Part shown: positions 32,801-41,706 of the stretch, one piece after another
Position numbering within the stretch: position 1 is the first letter of the stretch
How the letters are laid out: the number at the start of each line of letters is the position of its first letter
DNA from: Perkinsela sp. CCAP 1560/9
Lineage: Eukaryota > Protista > Euglenozoa: Kinetoplastea
NCBI GenBank assembly: GCA_965644495.1
Contig: CBFFSA010000001.1
Location: forward strand, 930,001-994,000
DNA length: 64,000 bases
Reading direction: 5' to 3'
Made by a program: the position numbers and the translations under genes
The notes under the pieces: generated by a model
Databases searched by the model: none
What the model saw: the letters and a program-made list of their open reading frames with translations, nothing else
Told to the model about the DNA's origin: nothing

Positions 32801-33183
32801 GTCCGAAAACGAAATCTGGTATTCAGTACAAAATTTCGGAGGTAACCGGCATTACTATATGGCCCCTTCTATTTTTTGGTGTTCCTACCAATAGTATTGA
32901 CTTTGTGGAGAAAGCTCACCTCATGATTCTCGATGACTGGTTGTTCGTGTTAGCCGATGAACGCACATGTCAAGTCATTAAAAAACTAAAGCTCGCAATG
33001 GTACTTGCACTCGTGAGAAAATTGCAAAACCCGAATGACACACAAGCAAGACGAGATTTACAAATCATTCAAAAGGCGTATTACGAAGTTTTGCATCAAG
33101 CAGACAAAGAAGGAACACACAAGGAAGAAGGCATCATTGTGCGTTTCGGTGAAACAGCAGAATGGGCCAAACTTGAAAAGTAA
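26866..33183 (+). CDS. REH2: RNA editing helicase 2-like mitochondrial DEAH/RHA helicase with N-terminal dsRBD-like repeats
   Basis: 2105 aa; GSGKTTQIPQ, TQPRRISA, DEVHER, MSAT, QRAGRAGR, HA2; repeated C-x-M-H-A units in the N-half. Confidence 0.85.
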   Translation: MSFLPNESFMPRMLCPGGSLRLRKHRSIVIHHKVYLNRFVYQFGRRHNSIRATTCAFQDSGRLVQTSRIRAAVPRLSVTTKHLNPTTITFDSTKNTSESIKNTVIKDVVIENRVIEKTFTAETSNMNSQKVENVFRIDNMARSRIVAYISRHHPAMEKDKLFQNVDAKSQSEKCEVHLKLPIESYNVTACGIAESEKDAEVVCCMHAESILNELQIPIFSLSSGQIKYAAQKRKDGKKAPMPGAKRKSFHEITMPPALEYVGLDQESRQKLVNTTVQYVNQVSSEDERIESEDGKFTLVALATQSHANANLYIRSPNFYDSNSVARMHRYYARWSHVLMDTVINVTEKVFNKSTETPSEFTATLVLPLDKIFGKRESVGIARNARSASSLCAMHMELMLDALGIRIYGNDEKQRLHAEGVRKMGRWAPMPGDQTRPYAVSPLPLKKTTLNLESKSLKEDTDLLQNTSLEPVDILQMDAAKKLKTVHSRFYWPYFDEKVHVQYLYHKGSWRDSRSVTAIYRLPINTEKVGVRTAMGVSLNRTTAEVLCCMHALKIIEILNVKEDYLNVDKETLSPPALCMLNEESGGSDDLNEERRPLSRNLVEYKEEGDNVKKGDGQTIGIKLDTITTEAKAFEPTTWRVDTTDSYAVVRGSALIMSQSALIRPYEKDEMSRHRIGKYLASRGSSIAQLFTKEQFNLVDPKVPGFQQLYYRFSGNIFIDGIGNIKAIGESYMEDDALIIACMHAELIIDHVGGKLFTRTEQQNKRAQLTRKSGRWAPFSTDDVRPDAKNNLPPPLRYKLQSATDFDRLIPYTVKREGVYEIVTREQYKMKYLAALSKYYFRYARDKSKRCDNLLQVIKCTGVYHEEGHRQTQALLELPVPERFGKRLAIGIANKVSDAKSMCILHGTRILDALGISVFSDSSAQSIHRLEVMREGRSAAFPGHGLSEANTVSPPPVKLKVSFGMTSRPELPSEDEEVMTIEDWLFFVQQTIEYLQAAQEAKDFEYLKQGKIPRTGDAVSDGALDCVEGDGFSTCGMKSVLSDWCERTGIRYPDKMSTRRLQDTPYIHTYFPVPGFPEYTAHGIHRTKLSSAKRAIAHAVYMLRVLDKDFCDRANNLEKRLGSVCNWDAEARELTTGGHDTVLQLYEKAAESSPVNTLVKFDKETGVYEIGLTLNDPQMGSIEVAGSSGTRVGAHGAAQSKLVNFLIKHRDKSAADITCMIQMLQRYPYFQMRGVSNISPLLRSNKDLMERLHDAVGRWKDVHELEQESRNITDTELERRLLFRDLEIPAFRPDLHQKLLDRQLDPTYKNGIGRQRRELTIRSIKKELLDAIQKNQVVVVCSAAGSGKTTQIPQYILDDCLINERPCGIVVTQPRRISAISVAKRVAHERQEEVGDSIGYQIRLEHRPGTHLNFLTSGLLLRKLRTDRFAHEYSHIIFDEVHERDSSTDMCLTLLRDILSQRLDLKLIIMSATMHSSSFSKYFSNAPVIECNRGMYDVDIKYLDHIASLARERNVVTTSMLNLAPPPELLNSDQRIQGMSKASSAIDFRLLTFLVDHCIRNHEVANASILVFLPGWGDIVAASEAISHMRDEIEVLTLHSSVAQDLQMKAFAPASPGKTKVVLSTNICESSITIPDVRVVIDTGRLKQAVTTFSLDATTHQTALQVMYASKANCIQRAGRAGRTQNGICYRMYTRETYELLPTYQSPELVRTPLDGICLLLLTLGIESPEEYLSNNVLDVPQSISIKSAMRKLQDAGAVDENMQLTPLGLYLSPLPVDPSTGKMILLGLALGCLDCALTIAAATSISPFDNTFDGREGARINRDILGRKSRSDILSCVNAYNSWVNVRGIFPEHEARFLSDHTLVLSKLEQMSLTKHQIYNVLAENKYLTDIDPESSKKRAAFVDQSIHSTLSSDIILAKGLITCMLYPNVAQKVTKYLRTKTVETVIDTTSICAQIMEFKIGEDKNQSPYYVFRSCTKSPKTKSGIQYKISEVTGITIWPLLFFGVPTNSIDFVEKAHLMILDDWLFVLADERTCQVIKKLKLAMVLALVRKLQNPNDTQARRDLQIIQKAYYEVLHQADKEGTHKEEGIIVRFGETAEWAKLEK

Positions 33184-33465
33184 TGACTCACGAAAATTAT
33201 CGTGAATGGACTGAATCAGATATTCAGAAAAACAATCTGAAGAATTCTCTGTAAGGTGAAATAGAATACACAAGCTCATATGCATGATAACATTCGCACT
33301 ACGCGCATAGGAAAATTGGGGCTCACATTTGTAGGTTTATCTATAGATCACTTAATAAAATATAATTAATATAATAAAATATATTAATGATTTCTACGAT
33401 TGCGCTACCCTACTGTAAATACAGTCTTTTCCTGTTCTTTTATAGATGCAAACGTGTACAATACT

Positions 33466-34089
33466 ATGATGACGGATCCGTATCAGGACGGCTACAACCA
33501 AGGCTTCCTTGACGGTGTAAGGCAGCATTCACATAGTATCGGGTCCCGAGTAGGTTACCTCCTCGGATTTGCAAGGCAAATTGCAAATGAAACCTGTGAA
33601 ACGTGCCACACGTCTCTTGAAGGCATAAAAATTCTGTACCCGCATATTTCAACCGAAGGCGAATCCGACATTATGTGCGACATTAAACTTTTGGAGGCGG
33701 ATATATCCCAGAATGAAGACATCGAAAATTCGAAGATTAAAATTTCTTCTATTGAAGCCCGGGTTAAAGCCAAGGCCTGGTACATTTTGACACTTTTCCG
33801 ACATCTTTTTGATCTTCTAAAAGAATGTCAGTATTGGTGGTCAGCTGGGAAGCGTGAGAGGTGCATTCTCTCAAAACCGTGGATAGCTGAATACCGGGTT
33901 ACTGCAGAATCAATTCTTGAGCTGATTGCTCGCGTACTGAATAAAGCCGAGCTGAAATACAGGGAACTAAGTTCGCTGATCAAGTCTCAGAATAGTAACA
34001 AAGTTATACATAGCACAGTATCGCTGCAAAACTCTTGGCAAGGAATCGAGCAGGCGATGGACGGTCTGGATGTGAATGAGATGTTTTGA
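33466..34089 (+). CDS. Yae1/Lto1-like protein
   Basis: GYNQGFLDG...G..VGYLLG (Gx3 repeat); polypyrimidine-AG upstream. Confidence 0.5.
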   Translation: MMTDPYQDGYNQGFLDGVRQHSHSIGSRVGYLLGFARQIANETCETCHTSLEGIKILYPHISTEGESDIMCDIKLLEADISQNEDIENSKIKISSIEARVKAKAWYILTLFRHLFDLLKECQYWWSAGKRERCILSKPWIAEYRVTAESILELIARVLNKAELKYRELSSLIKSQNSNKVIHSTVSLQNSWQGIEQAMDGLDVNEMF

Positions 34090-34735
34090 GCTTCTTGTTA
34101 GGTCTTCTTGTTAGGTCTAGTTCTTAGGATTCATTAGCTTCAATCTACAATTGAGGGGCCGCGAGTACTTCGCCCGAGACCGCACCGAGACCGCGGTTTG
34201 TATTTTCGGTGGGAAGAGGTTGAAAAACTGGCAAAACTTTACATATTATTATTATTCCAATTCGGTGTACCCTTCTAGCTAAAGGAGGAGGAGATGGCGG
34301 AGAGGAGGAGGTGGCGGAGTGGCAAGAATTCAAAGTTTGAAGCACATGGTGCTCAGACGGCGAGTTCAAACCCGCTCATCGCAATGTTCCTGGCGCCCTC
34401 ACTCTAAGAGGCCGGGCTGATAACCGACTAGGCTCAGTACTCGGAGGACCGTCCCGGACCCTCCCCTCAGGGAACCAGCTCCCTTACCCGGCTCACACCT
34501 CTTGGGTGAGCCGTGTTGACGTCATAGTAGCAGAATTATTAATAATTTTAACCTCTAATAATAAATTATTATTTTCACCTGGGCCCCCTTGCGGAGGGAC
34601 GGATTTGTGTGCCCAGACAAGAAACCTTTCAGGGGTTGGTGCAGGCTATCGGTGCAGCCCTAGGTAAATGAGATTTTCCAATGTGCAGTCAAATTTCCCC
34701 TGTTTTTTCACATCGACGCTACCCTTTTTATACCC

Positions 34736-34951
34736 GTGGTGAGGAACCACAGGCCGAGTTACCTCAACTCGGAGCGCACGATGCGCATTTCGTTTGTTAT
34801 TGAACGAAAATGCGGTTTTTCCACTACTTACATCTCTAAAAAATATAAACTTGATAAAAAATGGTATGAAAATGGGTATAAATGTGTTCAGAGTACTCAA
34901 AAACGTATGAACAAGGTGTTGGAGAGCGGGGGGTGGCATATTGGATATTAA
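34736..34951 (+). pseudogene. Internally deleted Tc1-like transposase remnant (HTH start fused to C-terminus)
   Basis: ERKCGFSTTYISKKY (HTH-like) and KRMNKVLESGGWHIGY*, which resembles Tc1 C-termini including KRMQIVIQTNGEHCGY next door. Confidence 0.45.
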
Positions 34952-35512
34952 GCTTGTCTTTGCGCAATCTTCTTTTCCTGCAGTGATTGTATTTATGGGG
35001 GCTTACCCGGTAAATATACACCCATGGACAGAAGTGTGCCCCCGGCCTGGCAAATGTCATTTTTTTTATCCGTTTTTGCTCATTTTTGCAGTATTCGAGA
35101 GATCTCGTTCCCCTAGCGAAGAGCTTTGCCGCCTTTTTTTCATAGGGACCCTGGTGCTCTGGTGGTGACCCCAAAGTAGACCAAAAACAAAAAAATGGTA
35201 CATTAGACATCCAGAAAAAATCACCCTTTCAATGATAAAATGAGAAAAAAGGAAGAAGTATCAATATCCGCAGTGCTCCCCATTGGTCTGAATAACTATT
35301 TGCATACGTTTGGGAACAGAATTGATGGAATTCAACACTTTTTGTTTGTGTGGGGCCCGTTTTAGAGCATTAAGCGCCTTTTCTATGGCCTTTGTCAGGG
35401 TTACATAGTTGTGTGGCTTAAATTTTTTTTTTACAATTTGTTCATCACGCTCCAAACGTTCTCAATGGGATTGAGATCTGGAGAGTTGGGTGGCCAATTC
35501 ATAAGAGGAATC

Positions 35513-35837
35513 GGTCAAAGTGAAGCATTATTTCACACTTTTTTTAAAACATTTATTATCGCCCTATTTTAGTAAAAAAGAAAAAATTAACTCTCTTGCC
35601 CTTGTTCTAGAACGATTTCTACGTTCTCGCAATGTCATTTGAGGTTCTAAAACAGGCGACGGAGGGCATAATCTTCATGTTTTCCTCTCCTTAGCTTACT
35701 TTTCACAATTTCTGCGCCGAACTTCAGCCGATTATGTCGCGCTTCTTTCCCACTATCAAGCGTACCGTCACCGCGAAAAAAGTACAGCTGTATGTAAACA
35801 AATTATTTTTTATGTGAAATAATGCCTCACTTTCACC
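35513..35837. mobile_element. 325-bp non-autonomous Merlin-type MITE
   Basis: ~25-bp TIRs GGT(C/G)AAAGTGA(A/G)GCATTATTTCACA; 8-bp TSD GAGGAATC/GAGGAATG; absent from the 6.9 kb copy (empty site GAGGAATT). Confidence 0.88.
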
Positions 35838-35918
35838 GAGGAATGGTATAGTTTATAAGCTCAAGCTTTTGCCAAATTATAGGTTGTGGCGTTATCCATT
35901 TGAACCCATACATTTTCC

Positions 35919-37159
35919 GGTTAAATTAAAGCAAAATTTGCCTTTTTTTAAAAAATGTTTTTTTCCGGTTTTCAAAAATTTGGTGCAATGAAATCAACAC
36001 TTTCCGCTTCTAGTTTTCGACTTAAATACTTGGACAAGACTTACAAATGAATACAATGACAATGATGTTGTAGATTCTGTAGGATGCGCAGCATTACATC
36101 GCCGCCATTGTACCGTAGGCTGCCGTTGCATTTTTCAGCATTGGCTTGCACACCATCTGCCCGTTTATCCTTTTTCCTTCCTAATACGTTTCCTTCTCGA
36201 TTAAGTCTCTTCTTCGCCACCGAATTCGCGCACTCCACAGTGTTTGTGTGGACACCCTCTTCTGCTATCCATTCTCGGCGGTGGTTCACGCTATTCCACT
36301 TATAGCGTCCACCAAGGCGGATATTGTGACGCGCCCCGTCGGTCCAAATTTGTGTCCTCCCCCCGCTCGCCAGATCTTCAATTCGAGGAAGTAACGTGCT
36401 TGCCTTACGATCAGGTACAACTTCCATGAACATTTCAGATAAATTGTTCGCTCGAGTAGTCACAGCAATTGTCTGTGCAGCTTCTGTACCATCATCTCGC
36501 ACCCGTCTTGCACCATGAGAACCTCGGTGACGTTTCCGTACAGAAAAAAATGTCTCATCGCATTGCATTGAAGCAACGCTGCCGCGATTCCTGATACGTC
36601 GGCGAACATGAGCTGTGGCCATCATGCCATCCATCCATTGCCTTAGAGACACAATGGTCTGCTGACTAAGTTCTGTCTCCGCTGCCGAATCCGAATGTCT
36701 TCCACCACGAACGTACAAAATTATGTACTTTAATGTTTGCTTTGCACTTCTTTGTGCCCTTCCAGGTACGAGAGGTCCTAAGGTGGCGTACATTCCTTTG
36801 TATTTTTCAGTACATCTCCATTTCCCGTCAGTGACGTGCATAGTATAGGGCGCCTTGTGTAGTCTTTTATAACATACAACCTTCTGAGCCACCAACTTAT
36901 GGGTTCTTAACCACTCCCTGCATTTCGATTCGCTCCACACAGAAACTTTGCTCAAAGTGAGATTTCCTCGGCAAGCGAAACCGTTGCATCCTTCACAGGG
37001 CATGTGTTGGAGTTGAGGAGTCTGAATCTGAAAAATGAATCTGAAAAATAAAGGAAAAAGTGGAAATACATGATACGATACAAAAAAAATACAGTTATTT
37101 TTAGTGCGGACGACTTTCCTTTTTTTTTCAAGAAAGGCGAATTTTGCTTTAATTTCACC
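35919..37159 (-). mobile_element. Merlin DNA transposon, copy 2
   Basis: TIRs as in copy 1; perfect 8-bp TSD CATTTTCC at 35911-18 and 37160-67. Confidence 0.95.
36041..37003 (-). CDS. Merlin/ISXO2-like DDE transposase, intact 320 aa
   Basis: Same length and DDE motifs as 7134-8096, with a few substitutions. Confidence 0.92.
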   Translation of the reverse strand: MPCEGCNGFACRGNLTLSKVSVWSESKCREWLRTHKLVAQKVVCYKRLHKAPYTMHVTDGKWRCTEKYKGMYATLGPLVPGRAQRSAKQTLKYIILYVRGGRHSDSAAETELSQQTIVSLRQWMDGMMATAHVRRRIRNRGSVASMQCDETFFSVRKRHRGSHGARRVRDDGTEAAQTIAVTTRANNLSEMFMEVVPDRKASTLLPRIEDLASGGRTQIWTDGARHNIRLGGRYKWNSVNHRREWIAEEGVHTNTVECANSVAKKRLNREGNVLGRKKDKRADGVQANAEKCNGSLRYNGGDVMLRILQNLQHHCHCIHL

Positions 37160-38329
37160 CATTTTCCTTCAAATACTCTAAGCATCCTTGTCGTTTTTTG
37201 AAGGCCCTTAGAATAGTTTCGCCCATTACTTTGTGGGCGTCTGCATGGCTCATACCCGCAATTCGCTTTTTGGGGCCCCCCTTTTTCCCAATAAAAAAAT
37301 GCCCACCCCCATGAACAACACACAGAAAGAGTTTTTCGTCGGTCCAAATTATATTATCCAACTTTCGGGGGGGATGAGAAAGCAAATCGTTAGCCAATGC
37401 GACACGAAGGGCTTTATGCCGTTCGGTGAGGTCACAGTTCCGTGCCTTGGCCATCCTCGTGTACCCTGAGTTATGTAATACACGAACGACTTTCTTAATG
37501 GAACAATTGTACCCTTTCCTTTTTAATTGATCATGAACCAAGTTGTACGTCAAGCAACCCTCTTCCTTTGTATTTTCCTTATCAACTATTGATTTCACCT
37601 TTGATACAAATCTTTTTGAAAGCTTTGGCCCACCTGATTTCGGTGGAGATGACAATTCATTACCTTGTTTTTGAGAGATTAATAAATTTTCTAATTGTAC
37701 GGCGGCCACGACCAAATTCTTTATGAAGTTGGGTGATGCTGACGCCAGATTTATGCTGTTTAGCTATCTCTGTTCTCTCCGAAATGGACAAAGCGATGTT
37801 TCGTTTGTGACTTATACGAGGCGGGGTCCTCATGCAGAAAAAACGGAGAAAAAAGGATGATATACTAGAAAAATTGACTGTTCTAAAAATATGGACACAA
37901 AAACCATGTTTTTTGGACCCAGGGGGGTACCAGGGGGTCCCTACGAAAAAACGTCGGCAAAGCTGTTCGTTAGGGGAACGAGATCTCTCGAATGCTGCAA
38001 AAATGAGCAAAAACGGATAAAAAAATTGACATTTGCCAGGCCGGGGGCACACTTCTGTCCATGGGTGTATCAAAATATGGAGCATTTTTGTAAACAAAAT
38101 CATTTGTTCGGCCCATTTTTTTCAAAAAATAATTCGATCCTAATGAGTTGAGAAAAACCAGTTTAAACGGCGGGAAACGCATGTAAAATTCTCTACGCGT
38201 TCAAAAGAAAGATGATATTAAACAGACCAGTTTTTTTAAAATTCGGGGGGGGACTTATAGCTGATTCCTAGTATATTATATCAAATAGGGATTCGAGTAT
38301 TATGTTCTTAGCTGTTAAATTGGGTACAA

Positions 38330-38788
38330 ATGTTTACATGTAGTTCGTTTCTGAGGAAACCAAAAAAACGTCCGAAGAGCAGCCCCGCATTCGTTCGTGC
38401 TGCGCAAGACTGGAGAGATCAATGGCAGCAGCACCGTATTTTGAAGCTTGCGGCGGGAAACAAAGCTTATGTGGAGTATGGTACTTCGAAACGCATGACT
38501 CCATGGGACTCTCGATTTCACCCGTTTGATCGTGATACGAAGGATGGCGTTTATTTTGTTATGAAACATTTAATGGAGGACAAACTAAACGCTTCTAACC
38601 TGCATGGAAAACCAGTACGCAAGCTTTTTTGTAATGTTGGGCTGTTGGGTCCACGATTCGGAAACGTAGGACCACACCCTGCGCGGTGGAAGCCACACAA
38701 ATTTAATCGACTTCCTGCTGGGTCTCGTCTTGCATCAGACATATTCAAACGTGATCGATCCTTTCCAAGCTCTGGATATACATTCTGA
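38330..38788 (+). CDS. Basic, probably mitochondrial protein (possible mitoribosomal subunit)
   Basis: 152 aa, presequence-like N-terminus, K/R-rich. Confidence 0.55.
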   Translation: MFTCSSFLRKPKKRPKSSPAFVRAAQDWRDQWQQHRILKLAAGNKAYVEYGTSKRMTPWDSRFHPFDRDTKDGVYFVMKHLMEDKLNASNLHGKPVRKLFCNVGLLGPRFGNVGPHPARWKPHKFNRLPAGSRLASDIFKRDRSFPSSGYTF

Positions 38789-38996
38789 TTTGCCATTTCA
38801 TTGTAAACATAACAAAGTAATTTCCACAGCATACTTCGAAAATTACTCCATTGTTGAACAAAATGGGTCTTTTTTACATAGGGTGACCCTTCCAAAACAG
38901 AAGAAGATTCTGCTTTTATTTACAGTAGAGCGCTTCTATGACCTTCTCTTTTCTACAATAATTCCCACACCTGCGTTATTGTACATCCTCCCCACC

Positions 38997-40280
38997 ATGA
39001 GATTTAACTCTTGGCTATCCCGCGACACTGTCTCCCTCTCCGAACTTCTGGAAGACTACCAGCACGCCGGACCCCCCGCCTCGGAAATCTACCACGCTCA
39101 CCGCACCCTTCACCAGATGCTCCGCCGTCGTCGTGACCACCCCGGCGAATACAAAATCCTCCTAGGTTTCACCTCCAACATGGTCTCCTGCGGCCTTCGT
39201 GAACACCTTGCTGCTCTCACACACTCCGGTCTCATTGATGCTATCGTCACCACTGCCGGAGCCGTCGAGGAGGATCTTATTAAATCTCTTGCCGGTCCTA
39301 CTCTCCTTGGGTCCTTCACCCTCCCCGGGGACACGCTCCGTAACCGTGGCCTTAACCGTATTGGAAACCTCTTGATTCCTAATGCCCACTATGCCGCTTT
39401 TGAGGACTTTATTAACCCGATTTTGGACAAATTGGTCCACGAGGGTAACCCTCTTACCCCTTCTCGATTCGTAGAGCATTTGAGTCAAGCGGCACGGTAC
39501 AATAATAATCCTAAATTTACGAATAAAAATAACTACAATAATACAAGTCCATGTAGAAATGAAAAGAACAACAACAATGATCCTACATGTAGAAATAAAA
39601 AGAACCCTCATCACACCACATGTCCTCCTAATACTACCTATCGAAATAAAAACGAAAACAACAACACCACGTCACGTAGCCCTAAAACGAACCACCCGAA
39701 CACGCCCTCATGTAGCCACGAAAACCTAAACAACCCCCCTCCCTGTACCCCCCCCCAAACCGGTAGCCCCGGAACCACGCACCCACGGCTACACGAGAGC
39801 GACCCCCACCCGCCCCCCTACGACCCCCACAGCGTCGTCCAGGGCGCGGCCCGGCACGGCGCCCCGGTGTTCTGCCCCGCCCCCACGGACGGCTCCCTCG
39901 GGGACATGGTCTTCTTCCACGCGTCGCGGTCCCCCGGGCTCGCGCTGGATGGGGTGGGGGACGTGGCCGGGCTGCGGGCGGGGCTCCGGGCGGGGGGGGG
40001 CGCCATGGGGGTGGGGGTGGTGGTGCTGGGGGAGGGGCTGCCGTGGAGCCACATGGTGAGCGCGGTGCGGGACGTGGGGTGTGGGGTACGGGAGGTGGTG
40101 GGGTGCAGCACAGGGAGGGGGGTGCGGGAGGGGGTGGGGGGGGTGGGGGGGAAAGGGGTGGGGGGGGAGAGGACGGTGGTGGCGGTGGTGGAGTGTGAGG
40201 CGACATTGGTGTTTCCGCTGCTGATGGCGGGGGTGATGGAGGAGATGGGGAGAGGGGGGGAGGGGGAGGTAAACCCATGA
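38997..40280 (+). CDS. DHS: Deoxyhypusine synthase-like protein with low-complexity insert and degenerate C-terminus
   Basis: LGFTSNMVSCGLRE, IVTTAGAVEEDLIK, GLNRIGNLLIPN, PVFCPAPTDGSLGDMVFF, EATLVFPLL. Confidence 0.85.
   Translation: MRFNSWLSRDTVSLSELLEDYQHAGPPASEIYHAHRTLHQMLRRRRDHPGEYKILLGFTSNMVSCGLREHLAALTHSGLIDAIVTTAGAVEEDLIKSLAGPTLLGSFTLPGDTLRNRGLNRIGNLLIPNAHYAAFEDFINPILDKLVHEGNPLTPSRFVEHLSQAARYNNNPKFTNKNNYNNTSPCRNEKNNNNDPTCRNKKNPHHTTCPPNTTYRNKNENNNTTSRSPKTNHPNTPSCSHENLNNPPPCTPPQTGSPGTTHPRLHESDPHPPPYDPHSVVQGAARHGAPVFCPAPTDGSLGDMVFFHASRSPGLALDGVGDVAGLRAGLRAGGGAMGVGVVVLGEGLPWSHMVSAVRDVGCGVREVVGCSTGRGVREGVGGVGGKGVGGERTVVAVVECEATLVFPLLMAGVMEEMGRGGEGEVNP
39490..39680 (+). repeat. Degenerate ~36-bp in-frame tandem repeat (Asn/Lys/Thr-rich) within DHS
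   Basis: CATGTAGAAAT(G/A)AAAAGAAC recurs about 36 bp apart; CRNEKNNNNDPT/CRNKKN/YRNKNENNNTT. Confidence 0.7.
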
Positions 40281-40539
40281 ATGGACGCGACGTTTTTGAA
40301 CAGGAGTGTTTTGTACCGGGAGCACAGGGGGGATAAAGTGTGTTGCTAAAGGGATAAATCCTCACCAAAGGTGTAGTTAGTGTAAGGCACACTAAAGTAG
40401 GGGTAGCAAGGTAAAGTGCACTTAGTGTACACTTCCCTTGGCCTTACACTCTAGGTTACCCTTTAAACGTAAAATTACTCATCGTTTTGTAAAATTTTAG
40501 ACTCTTGCTTTTGCTTATCTCTCCTTATCTTTTGTTTTC

Positions 40540-41010
40540 ATGACATCGGTGATAGAAGATTCTGATCAAACGAAAGATGAGTCCCCGAGGGAATGTACTA
40601 ATGCAACGACAACCATTAAGCCGGCACGTAGTGTGGAGGGATGGACAATCTTTTGCGCCAATCTCCACGAGGAATGTACAGAGGAAGACGTGCGAGATTT
40701 GTTTGCGGATTATGGGGCTCTAAAAAATCTTCATCTTGTCTTGGACAAGGCTACGTTGTTGGTAAAAGGCTACGCGGTGGTGGAGTTTGTTCGTGAGGCT
40801 GATGCCCGGAGGGCTATTGCAGAGCTGCATGGCAAACTGTTTTGCGGGAGGAAGTTGTATCTTGATTTTGCCTTTCTTACCAGACCAGTGGAGCGCGGGG
40901 GTACCTCCACTGAGCAGTTGAACGTCGTCGGTGAAAAGCGGCCGGGTTCAACTCTTGAGAAAGGCACTATGGATGTGGATACACATACTACCGAAGATGG
41001 TGCCGTGTGA
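40540..41010 (+). CDS. RBM8A: Y14/RBM8A exon-junction-complex RRM protein
   Basis: PARSVEGWTIF..NLHEE..E.D..D.FADYG.LKNLHL.LDK.T..VKGYAVVEF. Confidence 0.9.
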   Translation: MTSVIEDSDQTKDESPRECTNATTTIKPARSVEGWTIFCANLHEECTEEDVRDLFADYGALKNLHLVLDKATLLVKGYAVVEFVREADARRAIAELHGKLFCGRKLYLDFAFLTRPVERGGTSTEQLNVVGEKRPGSTLEKGTMDVDTHTTEDGAV

Positions 41011-41190
41011 AGGCATTCTATTGTTTTGCATGTATCAGTCTTATTTTACAACTTTTATGAGTTATAGGGTCTCATCGTTGCGCATCACTTTGTTTTACTG
41101 ATTTCCTCTCCACATTGACTATGAATCGTAGGCAGGGTTCTTACTTTTGAGAAAATGTTCATACAGGTTTCACACTACTCTTAATTAACA

Positions 41191-41706
41191 ATGCTTCGGA
41201 ATAGTCTTTTCAAGCTCTCCTGCTTCTTTTATCCCCCAGCCGAGTTGGCGCCATGCTGTGTGCGGCTCAATAATATTCCTCCTCGTTGGTGGGAACAGGA
41301 ATGCAAAAATTTTATCACTTCCACATGTAGTATTGAAAGGATGGCTAAAATTGCTATGCCGCTGGACCGCGTTCGGGGTACTTCGGAGGGCATTTGTTTT
41401 ATGCAATTCAACACACCTGAAGAGGCACAGCATGTGTTACAAGTAGGGCAAGGCCAGTGGGGGTTCACGGCGAATGACTATCTCCCACGAGATGCTCCAC
41501 CATACCACATTTTGCGCGGACGTCATATCGAAGTCCGACCATACGTAGCCAAAGCGCCGGTAGAAACACTAGAGCAGGAGGCAATGCGTACGACACTTGA
41601 CATGAACGTGGATCGTTTCCTGTATAATCCAGATATCTTAGAAGATATTGAACTAATGCACAATCGCACACATCTTCTTCCAGGGATGAAGCGTAAGCAG
41701 TTGTAG
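41191..41706 (+). CDS. RRM-domain protein, probably mitochondrial
   Basis: VRLNNIP (RNP2), EGICFMQF (RNP1), GRHIEVR. Confidence 0.75.
   Translation: MLRNSLFKLSCFFYPPAELAPCCVRLNNIPPRWWEQECKNFITSTCSIERMAKIAMPLDRVRGTSEGICFMQFNTPEEAQHVLQVGQGQWGFTANDYLPRDAPPYHILRGRHIEVRPYVAKAPVETLEQEAMRTTLDMNVDRFLYNPDILEDIELMHNRTHLLPGMKRKQL

Larger units (their letters stand above)
35261..37833 (-). pseudogene. Tc1-type DDE transposase, frameshifted and split by Merlin and MITE
   Basis: MRTPP..HTH, IIWTDEK (D), LKEN|VWVQMDNATT (D, rejoins in frame across the Merlin), WPPNSPDLNPIENVW (E). Confidence 0.9.
35019..38067 (-). mobile_element. Tc1/IS630-family DNA transposon containing two nested insertions
   Basis: ~130-bp imperfect TIRs starting CACCCATGGACAGAAGTGTGCCCCCGGCCTGGCAAATGTC; TA at 35017-18 and 38068-69. 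Confidence 0.95.

Noticed and set aside
37004-37162. 53-aa N-terminal extension of Merlin transposase copy 2
   Set aside because: Runs through the TIR and TSD from an ATG created by the junction; copy 1 supports the start at 37003
38730-38996. N-terminal extension of the DHS ORF
   Set aside because: Non-ATG start overlapping the upstream gene; homology begins near ATG 38997
39682-40392. Poly-Pro minus-strand ORFs (formin/extensin-like)
   Set aside because: Translation of the G-rich arm of DHS; compositional artefact
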